Program-made: the position numbers and the translations under genes
The notes under the pieces: generated by a model
The model's input: only the letters and a program-made list of their open reading frames with translations
Databases searched by the model: none
What the model was told of the DNA's origin: nothing
Shown here: piece after piece, positions 8,990-19,002 of the stretch
How the letters are laid out: each line of letters begins with the position of its first letter
How positions within the stretch are numbered: position 1 is the first letter of the stretch
Source: a virus
Virus record (IMG/VR): IMGVR_UViG_3300006802_000089
Span: 1 to 64,000 of that record
Direction: 5' to 3' (one strand)
DNA: 64,000 nt

Positions 8990-10663
8990 TTAAAGAGTCT
9001 CCAATCCTCTCACATATACTTTTCCGTAGAATTCTGGACGAACTACTTTTTTAGCATATCGTGTCATCACACCTTTTCTTGGAGTGAAGTTTACAGGATC
9101 ATAAACTAATGGAGTCATGATTAAAGGAACATATGGAGCAAATACCGCACCAGTTTCAAGGAACTGCGCACCTCTGAAGCCCATAAGTATAATGTTCTCT
9201 TTCATGTAAGGGTTTTTATAAACTGTGTATCTGTTATTGATAGCACCAATTTTTTGAACACCTGCAGCAAATTCCATTTTGTTACCGTCTGTGTCTGCAG
9301 CAAATCCTGGAATAGATTCCAAAATAGTTGCAACAGCTGGACTAGTTACCAAGAAGTTTGCGCCACCTCTTAAAGTTTTTTGGTGAATTCTGTTAGAAAC
9401 TTTTTGAAGTTTAGTTCCTAAAGTTTGGAACCATCCTCCTTGAGTGTTATAGAAACCACCAGTAGTAACAGATGTTTGATCGAAATTAGATCCGTTCCAA
9501 ATTTCGTTGTTTACTGCTGACCAATACTCAGTAGTTGGAGCTGCAGAAATCAACATGTCTAGAATCTCTAAATCGATTTCCATTGATACATACTCAGAAA
9601 GCATTGAAGTCAATTCTGCTTCAGCGTCAATTGAGTGGTAAGCGTTAAGGTCTTGAGCGAACTCAGGAGTCCATACAGCTTTCAATTTACGTGTTTTAGC
9701 AACAATTGGCTCTGATTGCATTTCCAAGTTAACTTCTGGAATGTCAATGTCTGTTCCATCATCAATACCAGTTCCAGCGCCAGATCCTTTGAATGGATTA
9801 GCATCTTCAAAATCACCTCTAGTAATATCAGTAGGTTGTTTGCTATAGTTAACATTTAATCCGCTGTTATCGATTGCAACTTGAATGTCACTAGCGATTG
9901 ATGCAGTTACTACAAATGATGCAGTATAAGAAGTGTCAATTACACTAAATGCTTGAACTGGTACAATCTCAGTTGATCCAGAAATAAGTGTAAAAGAACG
10001 TACAGCATATAAATCAGCATCTGTTGGTACTGGTACTGTTAATACAAACCAGTCTGCAGAGTTATTAGTATATGTACTATCAAAATTAACTGACGCAGAT
10101 GGTACTGCTGCTGGAGCTGCAGCTGAACCTGTAGATGCTCCTGCAGATACAGTAGCAGCAACGCCTGTTACATTCTTGATAGAATATCCAAATCTACCTG
10201 CTCCATAAAGACCGTCAGAAGCTTCATCAGCATTAGTAACACCGAATAAAGAGTCATCGGCACCTGGAGATGCAAAAGGATGTCCTGAAGGATTTGGATC
10301 TACATCTTTATTAAATCCAGGACGCTCTGTTCCATATTTAAAATCTAGGTAAAATACAAGACCTGATGGCAAATTCATTGGTTGTACAGAAACGAATTCT
10401 TTAGCTGCAAATTCAGCAAAAATTCTTCTTACCAATGGAAGTGCAACACCAGCCCACTCTTCAGAACCTTCTGCGGTTCCTGTAGCTGAAGCTTCTTTTA
10501 CCAATTGTCTTGCTTGGTTTTCAAGCAATTGAGCCATTCCGGCCATTTCAGTCTCAGAACGAAGTCCTTCTAAAAGACCTGTTCTTTGCCATTTTTGTAC
10601 TAGGGGCTTAGCTGCTACAGTTTGGTTTGGAGCTTTGCCGCCTAAAAGACTTTTCATGTCCAT
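8990..10663 (-). CDS. Major capsid protein (T4 gp23-like)
   Basis: PLVRR, VSVQPM..PSGLVF, AKTRKLKA.WTPEFAQDLNAYH..DAEAEL, FAPYVPL, DP.NFTP.KGVMTRY. Confidence 0.97.
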   Translation of the reverse strand: MDMKSLLGGKAPNQTVAAKPLVQKWQRTGLLEGLRSETEMAGMAQLLENQARQLVKEASATGTAEGSEEWAGVALPLVRRIFAEFAAKEFVSVQPMNLPSGLVFYLDFKYGTERPGFNKDVDPNPSGHPFASPGADDSLFGVTNADEASDGLYGAGRFGYSIKNVTGVAATVSAGASTGSAAAPAAVPSASVNFDSTYTNNSADWFVLTVPVPTDADLYAVRSFTLISGSTEIVPVQAFSVIDTSYTASFVVTASIASDIQVAIDNSGLNVNYSKQPTDITRGDFEDANPFKGSGAGTGIDDGTDIDIPEVNLEMQSEPIVAKTRKLKAVWTPEFAQDLNAYHSIDAEAELTSMLSEYVSMEIDLEILDMLISAAPTTEYWSAVNNEIWNGSNFDQTSVTTGGFYNTQGGWFQTLGTKLQKVSNRIHQKTLRGGANFLVTSPAVATILESIPGFAADTDGNKMEFAAGVQKIGAINNRYTVYKNPYMKENIILMGFRGAQFLETGAVFAPYVPLIMTPLVYDPVNFTPRKGVMTRYAKKVVRPEFYGKVYVRGLETL

Positions 10664-10693
10664 TTTTATTTTCTTTCTTTTTTGTTTTTAAAA

Positions 10694-11692
10694 TTAAATT
10701 AAACCTGCTAATTTCTTCCAACGATTTGCAAAAGCTGCGCTTTCAGAAATTATTTCTCGTTTTGGTGCTGTTGAAGCAGTAGGTTTAGAAGCATATGATT
10801 TAGATTCTTTTACTACTTTTTTCTTGTTCACCGGTTTTTTGAAGCTTTCGCTTAAGGTGCTAAATACCAATTTAACTTCTCTGGTGCTTGCTGCTCTGTC
10901 AAAGTTTTCAATAACTTTCATTTTTTGTGACTCATTAAGTTCAAAGTTACGGAACAACTTGTTAGTGTAAAGAAGTTTAGCGTTAAGAAGATTCACTTCA
11001 TTAATAGTATAACGAAGTTGTTTGATAACTGAATAAGCTTCATCTAACTCTTCTTTCATGTTATATGAACCTTCGTTAGTTTCTTCTTCTTCTTTGGCAT
11101 ATTTTTCGCCTTCATCTTCTTCTGCTAGAATCGATTCAATGATAGCATCAATATCTTCAGATACTAAATCCATTCCGGTACCATCTTCAGAAGCAACTTC
11201 CATCATATCTTCTTCTGCTTCTTCTTCCATCATACCTTCTTCTAACTCTGCGATGATTTCTTGCAATTCTAAATCTAGTTCAGAATCCATTTCTTCGTCG
11301 CCCATTTCTGGTTCCATGTCCATGTCATCCATTTCTGGTTCCATTTCGTCTTCGGGCGCTTGTTCAATATCACCTTCGTAATCATAAGTTCCATCGCTAT
11401 CGATGTCAATACCAACTCCAATAGAGGCAGGCATATCCATACCAGCCATGTCATCTGGCATATCGCCTAATTCTGCAGGAACTTCTTCTTCTTCGCCTGC
11501 TGCCATGTCTAACTCTGCAGTTGCTAATTCGTCTTCTTCGTCGTCAAGCTGCTCAGACAATTGTTTTCCTAGCATGCTTTGCAAACGATTTCCAAATGCT
11601 TCTTCAAGAGCTATTTTGGCATTTGCGATAGCAGTTTCTTTAACAGCTTTAGCATCAGCGATTGCTTCTTTTAGCAAATCTGTTTTTGCCAT
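10694..11692 (-). CDS. Prohead core scaffold protein (gp22-like)
   Basis: Very acidic coiled coil directly upstream of capsid gene; many (L/I)xE sites; C-terminal RWKKLAGL; AAGGAG SD. Confidence 0.8.
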   Translation of the reverse strand: MAKTDLLKEAIADAKAVKETAIANAKIALEEAFGNRLQSMLGKQLSEQLDDEEDELATAELDMAAGEEEEVPAELGDMPDDMAGMDMPASIGVGIDIDSDGTYDYEGDIEQAPEDEMEPEMDDMDMEPEMGDEEMDSELDLELQEIIAELEEGMMEEEAEEDMMEVASEDGTGMDLVSEDIDAIIESILAEEDEGEKYAKEEEETNEGSYNMKEELDEAYSVIKQLRYTINEVNLLNAKLLYTNKLFRNFELNESQKMKVIENFDRAASTREVKLVFSTLSESFKKPVNKKKVVKESKSYASKPTASTAPKREIISESAAFANRWKKLAGLI

Positions 11693-11831
11693 AGTTTGTT
11701 TCTCCTTAAATTTTTTTTGTGGAAATAAGATTATTTGAAATCTTAATAGAATATTTTTATTTGTTTGTAGACGCTATATAAAGGGTGATAGCGTATTCTA
11801 TAATAAATATAGCACCGAACTAAAAAACAGT

Positions 11832-11860
11832 AAAAAAGTCCTAACTTTTTTTGCTAGGAC
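11832..11860 (-). terminator. Intrinsic terminator after bS21 gene
   Basis: Minus strand GUCCUAGC-A7-GUUAGGAC-UUUUUU. Confidence 0.8.
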
Positions 11861-11882
11861 CAGTTTCAGGGTGTATTTGTGT

Positions 11883-12116
11883 CTATTGTTCTTTACTTCG
11901 GATGCGCTGTATGAATGCTGCTCTGCTTCGCTCTGCGCGTCTTGTAATGCTCGGTTTTGTAAACTCTGCACGTTCAAATGTTTGTTTTAATACTCCTGAT
12001 TTTTTAATTCGTCTTTTGAATTGTTTTAATGCGTAAGCAATATCTCCTTCAATAACCCGTACACCTAATCCGTTGCCTGGTAATGTGGTTTGATGTAATT
12101 TTTGTTTTTTATTCAT
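11883..12116 (-). CDS. rpsU: Phage-encoded 30S ribosomal protein bS21
   Basis: V.V..GDI..ALKQFKRRIKKSGVLK......F.KPS..RR...RAAFIQ matches the bS21 pattern. Confidence 0.9.
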   Translation of the reverse strand: MNKKQKLHQTTLPGNGLGVRVIEGDIAYALKQFKRRIKKSGVLKQTFERAEFTKPSITRRAERSRAAFIQRIRSKEQ

Positions 12117-12125
12117 ATGTGTATT

Positions 12126-12596
12126 TTATACGTTTCTGTTTGGTCGTAGCTGAGGATCTTGCATCACTTTGAATCGAAAATATCGTATTTCCGGTTTCTG
12201 TGAAAAGTATCCTTGAAGCTGTTGTGATTCTTTTGCTGGATCATCACCTAATCGAAAATAAAAATATCCTGCTCTGCGACTTTTAGATTTTCGATGCTTA
12301 ACCGGATATATTTTTTTCTTGATTGCAAATTGTTTGATTTCTTCTGCTACGTTGTCTGCCATTGCTGGGTCACGAAGCATGTATTGAACGCCTCCTTGAT
12401 AGTCTGTGATATTGTTGATGAGCTCTGCTTCTTCGAGTTCATTTTCACCCATCATTTGTTTTTGAATATCTGCGGTTTTTTCTAATTCTTTATTATAGAC
12501 TTTTAACGCTTCGATATCATCATCAGTTATTTTACTTCGTTCATTTTGTTCTCGAATGCCGAAGAATTCTTTATATGTATTTCGTTTCTTGCTCAT
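12126..12596 (-). CDS. Hypothetical head-region protein (start revised to ATG 12596)
   Basis: MSKKRNTYKEFFGIREQ; TAGGAT-N17-TATTAT promoter immediately upstream. Confidence 0.6.
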   Translation of the reverse strand: MSKKRNTYKEFFGIREQNERSKITDDDIEALKVYNKELEKTADIQKQMMGENELEEAELINNITDYQGGVQYMLRDPAMADNVAEEIKQFAIKKKIYPVKHRKSKSRRAGYFYFRLGDDPAKESQQLQGYFSQKPEIRYFRFKVMQDPQLRPNRNV

Positions 12597-12608
12597 TATC
12601 TCTTTTCT

Positions 12609-12637
12609 ATAATAATAAAAAAATTGCAAATATCCTA
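12609..12637 (-). promoter_or_regulatory. Class II promoter TAGGAT-N17-TATTAT for the 12596 ORF and bS21
   Basis: Matches class II consensus with 17-nt spacer. Confidence 0.45.
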
Positions 12638-12638
12638 A

Positions 12639-13055
12639 TTATTGTCCGTACAATCTTTCTAATTGATATCTTAAATCTTCATAACATCTTTTGGCGCGCG
12701 CTTCTGCTAAAGCAGCTTCTTGACAACTTTTGTCATATAGTTTTGCATCGTCGACAAGTCTTTTAACTTCTCGGCGAATCATTACCTGGTCGACATTTGA
12801 TCCTTCTGCTTCAGAAAGTTCTGTGGTTAATCGTTCTGCAATATCAACAACACGATTCACTTCGTTTGCCGATTCCTCATATTTTGAAGGGCCGCCATAC
12901 ATTTCATTACACCTATCTTCCATCATGCGCATGTATTCCACCAAATGCCGTTTTTCTTCTTCGGTTAGCGGAAGTTTCTGTTCTGCTTGTTGATTATCTA
13001 GAACATGTTTTTGTTCTTTGTATATTGATCGTACGTAATCTAAATTGCTTTTCAT
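12639..13055 (-). CDS. Hypothetical helical head-region protein
   Basis: 138 aa between protease and bS21. Confidence 0.6.
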   Translation of the reverse strand: MKSNLDYVRSIYKEQKHVLDNQQAEQKLPLTEEEKRHLVEYMRMMEDRCNEMYGGPSKYEESANEVNRVVDIAERLTTELSEAEGSNVDQVMIRREVKRLVDDAKLYDKSCQEAALAEARAKRCYEDLRYQLERLYGQ

Positions 13056-13068
13056 GTTATTTGTTTCT

Positions 13069-13707
13069 TTATATTCTGCATTTTCCGTCTTCGCATAAAA
13101 TAGAAGTTATAATTTCATGCACATGTTGATATTTGTTTGTTGGAGCTGCGTGTCCGGCACTTTCGAATTGAAATTGTCTTCCGCCTACTGGTGCAATAAA
13201 AGCTCCATGGGTTGAAGGATTGGATACTACATCCCAACAAATAAGTTCAAAATCAGGTTGAACTTCCATTAGTCCTTCTTTTAATTCTTTAACACTGCCT
13301 AAACCTCTTGAAGATATTCCTAATTTAATTCCTTCTTTAAACAATGATTTTAATATTTTTCCTGATGGTGTATCTAATACTTGTAAAGCTCCGCATAAAT
13401 CGTTGCCTTTCCACCAAATTTTTAAAATGTTATGTGACACATTATTCAGGTTAACAACTTGTGATTCTGGATGATCTAGTTCACCTAATGCTCTGTGTTG
13501 CTGAATGAATTCTCGATCATATTTTTTACATTCTCGTTCTAATATCTTTTTAGGATATACTCGTCCGTTTTGATTTTTAGCATCACATCTTTGCAACACA
13601 CCTTCTACTACGAATCCTCCAGGTACTCCGTAACGATCTCCGGTTGATTCATTCAATGTGTTTAACGGATTGAATGTTATAAAATCTTGTATAAGTTGTT
13701 TAGACAT
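13069..13707 (-). CDS. Prohead core protease (T4 gp21-like)
   Basis: KNQNGRVYP, ALGELDHP, VSH, LDTPSGKI, GISSRGLGS, D.V..PS motifs. Confidence 0.95.
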   Translation of the reverse strand: MSKQLIQDFITFNPLNTLNESTGDRYGVPGGFVVEGVLQRCDAKNQNGRVYPKKILERECKKYDREFIQQHRALGELDHPESQVVNLNNVSHNILKIWWKGNDLCGALQVLDTPSGKILKSLFKEGIKLGISSRGLGSVKELKEGLMEVQPDFELICWDVVSNPSTHGAFIAPVGGRQFQFESAGHAAPTNKYQHVHEIITSILCEDGKCRI

Positions 13708-13711
13708 AATG

Positions 13712-14266
13712 TTATTGATTTAGATTTCTAACTCTTTCTGCAATTGTTTTTAATTTGTTTGACATTTCTGTTAAAGCTTTAACCGCTGATTTATTAAAAG
13801 CTTCTCGTGTCATACCACTTTCAGATTTTAATCTGGTTGCATTATGAACAGCTTCTTCTATTTCACGTAATTTTTTATAAGCTTCTTTAATCGTACGATT
13901 CACTTTTGCTTCAGCCGACATTTTAGGATTTTCGGTAACATATTGTCCATATCCTTCGATAAGACGCTCATAACGTTTTTCCATTGCTTCAGCAACCTCA
14001 TTTTTCTTTAAGAAATACTTTCCTGTTACTGGAGCTACGCCAGCAGATGTAGACATTTCATCTACTTTTTCATGATATCCGTTTCCGTCACACTGTTCAC
14101 AACCTTTGCCTTCACATTCGGTGCATTGTTCTGCATTTTCTAAGGCATTAACCATTGGCTCTTCTTTATTTCCATCTCCATCAAAATCTAAATAATCAGG
14201 TTTTGCTTTTTCTGTTAATGGTACACGTTCAAATTTTCTTTTCATTTCCGTAATCAATTGTTTCAT
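13712..14266 (-). CDS. Head-region protein with EF-hand-like loop and CxxCxGxGCxxC motif
   Basis: PDYLDFDGDGNKEE; CTECEGKGCEQCDGNG; LITE/LTE/LIE sites. Confidence 0.6.
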   Translation of the reverse strand: MKQLITEMKRKFERVPLTEKAKPDYLDFDGDGNKEEPMVNALENAEQCTECEGKGCEQCDGNGYHEKVDEMSTSAGVAPVTGKYFLKKNEVAEAMEKRYERLIEGYGQYVTENPKMSAEAKVNRTIKEAYKKLREIEEAVHNATRLKSESGMTREAFNKSAVKALTEMSNKLKTIAERVRNLNQ

Positions 14267-15108
14267 TGGTGAACTCTGTTTAATTCGTCAACTAGGTCAA
14301 AATATCTTAGCAGTGATAATACATGAGACTCTTTTATAACTTTCATGTTTTCCACATTGCAAAGCATTTCTGCTAAATTTTCTATTTTTATACGAGCAAC
14401 ATCATCTTCAGTTTTTGAAACATGTTCTTTTAGTTGCTGTTTAATTTTTGGTATTTCCGTTTTAATATACCGTTTAAGAGAATCTGTATCATTAACGTGT
14501 GTTATGTATTGATTCAACAATTTTTTCTGAGCTTCTGACAGATTGGTGTATTTTGAATTAAACTTGTCTACCAACAATTTGTATGTTAATAATCGGGTAT
14601 CTTTGCTTTGTTTTCTGAATTCTTCGTATAATTCATCCGTTTCCGTTTTTTTAGCTATCATTGTGTGTTCTAGTATCACATCTTTGCATTTAGCAATTTG
14701 TTGAACGGTAGCTTGATCTGCATATTCAAACAACAGGTATGTAGAAGCTAAAACTTTGTAATTTGATATGCGAGCATTTGATAAAGAATCGAAAGAAAAA
14801 TTTTCTTGTATTTCTTTTACCAGATTGTATTTTTGTCTGCGCAATGTGCTTTGATTCAATTTGCGATAAGCTGCTTGAGCTTCTTTAATAAAATCTAACG
14901 CACGTGCTTCTGATTTGTGTTGTTCTTTGATAATTGAATTATACAAATTTAATTCTTTTGATAATTCCGTGTTTTTGCCGAAATATTTTTTTATAATATC
15001 TAATGCAATTGTTTTGTCAGAAGTTAGTGTTTCTGAAGTCAGTTTTCTAACTAACATTTCAAACAATATTCCGGTATTTTTGTACTTCGAATGTTTGAGT
15101 TTTTTCAT
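14263..15108 (-). CDS. Conserved head-assembly / prohead core protein
   Basis: 281-aa helical ORF between portal and protease (KHSKYKNTGILFE.L). Confidence 0.55.
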   Translation of the reverse strand: MKKLKHSKYKNTGILFEMLVRKLTSETLTSDKTIALDIIKKYFGKNTELSKELNLYNSIIKEQHKSEARALDFIKEAQAAYRKLNQSTLRRQKYNLVKEIQENFSFDSLSNARISNYKVLASTYLLFEYADQATVQQIAKCKDVILEHTMIAKKTETDELYEEFRKQSKDTRLLTYKLLVDKFNSKYTNLSEAQKKLLNQYITHVNDTDSLKRYIKTEIPKIKQQLKEHVSKTEDDVARIKIENLAEMLCNVENMKVIKESHVLSLLRYFDLVDELNRVHQ

Positions 15109-15155
15109 TTCTAGTATTCAGTTCTAGATTTATTTATATATAAATATTGTTACGC

Positions 15156-16994
15156 TTATAAAATATTGTTTTCATCTAGCAATGTTCCGCTATCTTCATC
15201 TTTTTTTGCTGACTCATACAGCATTTGATTTGCTAAACTTTTATTTTTCTTGTTTATTTTTTTCAATACATCAATATTTTCACGTCGCATATTATATGGA
15301 GAACTTGTGCTAGCTCGGCGACTGCCTCTTGGATCTGGTTGGAATGTTGTTCGTTGATTTTCCGGATCCATGTGTTGTTTGATTTGTTTGATACCCAGCG
15401 GATCCCATCCGAATGCATTCTTGTGTTGTCCAGATTTAATTCCTTCCGGCGGACGACCTCCTGGATCATCACTATCTGTACCCATATGCATTGAAGCTAA
15501 ATCATGAGGTGTTCCGTATGAAACTCCTGTTACCGTAGGATCATTTCCTTCTTGTTCAATTTGACTTTGACGGAATCTCAGTTTAAGATCTTCTATTACA
15601 TCGTTCCTTTCTTGCAACCATTGTTCTTCAGACATATTGAATATGTATTCGTATATGAATCTGTCTGAAACTAGTTTAGAATCTTTCATTGCGCCTGCTA
15701 ACTGAATTTTTTCATTCATGAGTGCAATTTTTTGTTGATCATAAATAATAGACGGAGCTGTTAATTCTAAATCAAAATTAACTAGATCTGCATCTTCATA
15801 TCCTTGAGTATATAAATGAACTATTGCTATTTTTGCAAGTTCTGATTCTATAATTTTTTGAATACGCTCAATAGTACGTGCAAAACGTATATCCATTGAT
15901 GCTAATGTGGATTTTCCTTCTACTCCTTCATCAAATCCTAAAAATGGTTTAGGTATTTTAAGAGCAGCCATCATTTTGTTTTTAACATATTCGATGTCAT
16001 CTATACCGGTAAATTCCATTCCCGGCAGTGAAGATATCTCAGTAGATGAATTTCCTCCTCGCACGGGTAAAAAATAATCTTCCAACATGTTGTTCAAGTT
16101 GAACTTCAAATTGTAATTACCTGTTCTTTGATCTACATATGGAACTTTTTTCATTTTGTTGATCATTTGTTCCATGAATGCATCAACTTCGTTAGGTGGT
16201 ATATTACCTATATCTACTTTGAATATTCTTTTTTCTGGAGCTCTCATTACACGATGAATAAGCATTGCATCTTCAAGCATTGTTAATTTTTGAAATTCTT
16301 GTCGTGCTCCTTCTAACATGGATCGGCCGTAAGGTAAGAAGTTAGAATCTGAAATTAATCTGAAATGTGCTATTTCAAACACATCATATTTTTCTTCTGG
16401 GTTAGAAACATGATGAAACTCTATTTCATAATCTCCAATATCTTCACGATATTCTTCCCAACGTTCCATTTCATAACTAGAAAATGGTCTAGCATTGATA
16501 ATACCTACTTCATCTGAAATATCTAGTTTTAAAAAGAAATCTCCGTATTTACACATATTTCGAATCCAAGGCCACAAGTTGAATTCTATGTTTAATACGT
16601 CATAAAACAGGTTGTTTAATATTTTTTGTATTCTGACATCTTCGGTTTTAATTGTTAAGATATCTCCGAACTGATTGGCTAATGTAGATTCATCGGCATA
16701 TATGTCTAATGCAGAACTGATAATAGGATCTTTATCCATCATTTCAAAATCAGTGTATAACTGCATTCTGTTTTGGTGCATATAATAATTTGAATCATAT
16801 CCACCCATACCTCCGACAGCATGACGATTAGTTCCATGCATTCTGGTGTATCTGTCGGCTATTTTGCTTCCTACTAAATTTCCGGATGATTGTAATCTGT
16901 TTGTGTCGACTACACGTAGTTTGTCTTTACCATACGCTCTTACGATAACGTTGGTACGAAACAGATTTCGTAATCTTCTTCTTAATGATGCCAT
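15156..16994 (-). CDS. Portal protein (T4 gp20-like)
   Basis: LEDAMLIHRVMRAPEKRIFKVDIGN.P, EDYFLPVRGG, I.SLPG, ALKIP, DIRF motifs. Confidence 0.95.
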   Translation of the reverse strand: MASLRRRLRNLFRTNVIVRAYGKDKLRVVDTNRLQSSGNLVGSKIADRYTRMHGTNRHAVGGMGGYDSNYYMHQNRMQLYTDFEMMDKDPIISSALDIYADESTLANQFGDILTIKTEDVRIQKILNNLFYDVLNIEFNLWPWIRNMCKYGDFFLKLDISDEVGIINARPFSSYEMERWEEYREDIGDYEIEFHHVSNPEEKYDVFEIAHFRLISDSNFLPYGRSMLEGARQEFQKLTMLEDAMLIHRVMRAPEKRIFKVDIGNIPPNEVDAFMEQMINKMKKVPYVDQRTGNYNLKFNLNNMLEDYFLPVRGGNSSTEISSLPGMEFTGIDDIEYVKNKMMAALKIPKPFLGFDEGVEGKSTLASMDIRFARTIERIQKIIESELAKIAIVHLYTQGYEDADLVNFDLELTAPSIIYDQQKIALMNEKIQLAGAMKDSKLVSDRFIYEYIFNMSEEQWLQERNDVIEDLKLRFRQSQIEQEGNDPTVTGVSYGTPHDLASMHMGTDSDDPGGRPPEGIKSGQHKNAFGWDPLGIKQIKQHMDPENQRTTFQPDPRGSRRASTSSPYNMRRENIDVLKKINKKNKSLANQMLYESAKKDEDSGTLLDENNIL

Positions 16995-17040
16995 ACTTGA
17001 TATTATTTTTATATAAATATAACTTAATAAAGATCAGCGG

Positions 17041-18620
17041 CTATTTTATTAACCAAGTTAAATCTTCATCTCCGTAACCGTTATTCCAACTCCATCCGGT
17101 GTCTTGTCTATTCATGCCGCTGGTTGAAATAATTCCATTTGTTCTTGTGAACTGAGAAATTGCTTTTTTATGCAATTCAATACCATGTTGTCTGAGTTTA
17201 ACGATGTATCTCTTAACCATAATCCGATACAAAAACTCATAACAAGGTCGTCATTATAACCTATTTCTGCTTGTGCTTTTCCGTTTTGCCATTTAAACAC
17301 AAACATTTCTTGTATTAATCTTTTACTTCGTATTTTAGGAGTTCCTTCTCTCATGTACATTTCAAGTGCAGATATCATCAATGGCCGAGTTCTGCTCGTG
17401 GTAGATACACCCGGAACCATTTTAGTTTTATCTTTTACGTCATATCCTTTCATGAGTTGCACTTCTAAATCTACATATCCATCATCTTTATACGTGTAAA
17501 ATAAATTTTCATAGTTTCGGTCTAGTGCTGGTTGTATTGCGGCCCAACCTATGTTTGCATTTTCAATTGCAAGTAACGCATTATTCCATTCTGTTGCAAC
17601 CGTTACCAACATGTTGCCGTATTCATTCGGAGGAAGTTTACCTTTATATTCTGCAACTTGAGTTACTGTTTCTACGTCAATAACATGAAACGCAGACCAG
17701 TCGGCACTATCACCTCGAGCAACGTCAGCTACTACTATATAATTTTTAGAATAATCCGGATACTCCCAAATCCAATAGCCGTTATCATATCCTCTTCTTT
17801 CTAATGGCTCTGAACATTCTTGTTCAAATCGTTGCAGTATAGCACCATCTATTACAGTGTGTCCGGAACTTACAAAGTCACAATCACATTCTTGTGCTGC
17901 TCCTCTTTCTCCTAAAAGTTGTGTTTGTTCATTTCTCCAGGTTTGATCTCGTTCCGGATGCACCGTCCAATGCAGTTTGATGTTATGCCATTGTGTTTGT
18001 GCATTAGTTTCTCCGTCAACCCATGTTTGATGAAACCAGTTACCGATACCGTTAGGAGTAGATAACACAATTGCACCACCACCAGTAGATAGGGTTGCTT
18101 GTGATGCTATCCATATTTCTTCAATGTTTCGAATGAATGCGGCCTCGTCTACTATTAGCAGTGATAAGGCTTCTGAACGTGCTCCTGTGGTTGCTGATGA
18201 TACTGCTTTGATTTGAGAACCATTTTTAAATTTCAGTGATAATTTGTTGTCTGCTTCGATAGTTCCTTTCAACCAACTCGGCAGATTGTCATGCATCACA
18301 CGAACCTTTGTAACAAGATTTTTTGCTACTTCTTGTGTGGTTGCGATAACTAGAGTATTGAAATCTTCATTGAACAACATGCTCCACAGAGCAAACCCGG
18401 CACTAAGAGTTGAAATACCTAACTGTCGAGACTTTAATATAACACTGTATCGGTTATCTCTTAATTCTTCTAGTACCTCTTCCTGAAATTCATACAGATT
18501 AAATTTAATCTTTCCTCGTTTAGGATGTTGGATAAAACAATAGTTACGCATGAAGAACACAGGATCTTTAGCACACCGAACATATTGCTCCTGGATAATC
18601 TGTTTTAAGTTTTTTGACAT
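17041..18620 (-). CDS. Terminase large subunit (T4 gp17-like); apparent 1-nt frameshift near the C-terminus at ~17198
   Basis: KSRQLGIST Walker A, LLIVDEAAF Walker B, STPNG, ADVARG and NDDLVM nuclease motifs. Main ORF is 17112..18620; the likely true tail is in the frame of 17041..17232. Confidence 0.93.
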
Positions 18621-18621
18621 A

Positions 18622-19002
18622 TTATTGTACTACTGCAACTATCATTTTGCCAGTAAACAGTGTTGCTGTTATGCCGGCAGTAAACCAGATTGCAGGATGT
18701 TGATACCATTTTTGTTGCAACAATTTTTCACGTTTAACGTATATTTCAATATTTTCTTCAAGTATTGCAATTTGTTTTGCGTGATATGATAGTTGCAATG
18801 AATCTAAATAATTAACCTGTTCTAGTTGAGATATAATCGTTTTCTGAGTGTTAATTATGTGTGTGTTAACTGAATCTATATAATACAATGAATCTAATGT
18901 TTCTGATATTGCATGTATTTCAGATTCAGTAAAACATGTGTCTGCTTGAGATGTTGCATTTAAACTGTTCAAGAAAAATATCGTATAGATGATATACTTC
19001 AT
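18622..19002 (-). CDS. Secreted/membrane protein, possible outer spanin component
   Basis: N-terminal signal peptide, coiled coil, C-terminal hydrophobic segment (WYQHPAIWFTAGITATLF); 4-nt overlap with upstream TM gene. Confidence 0.4.
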   Translation of the reverse strand: MKYIIYTIFFLNSLNATSQADTCFTESEIHAISETLDSLYYIDSVNTHIINTQKTIISQLEQVNYLDSLQLSYHAKQIAILEENIEIYVKREKLLQQKWYQHPAIWFTAGITATLFTGKMIVAVVQ

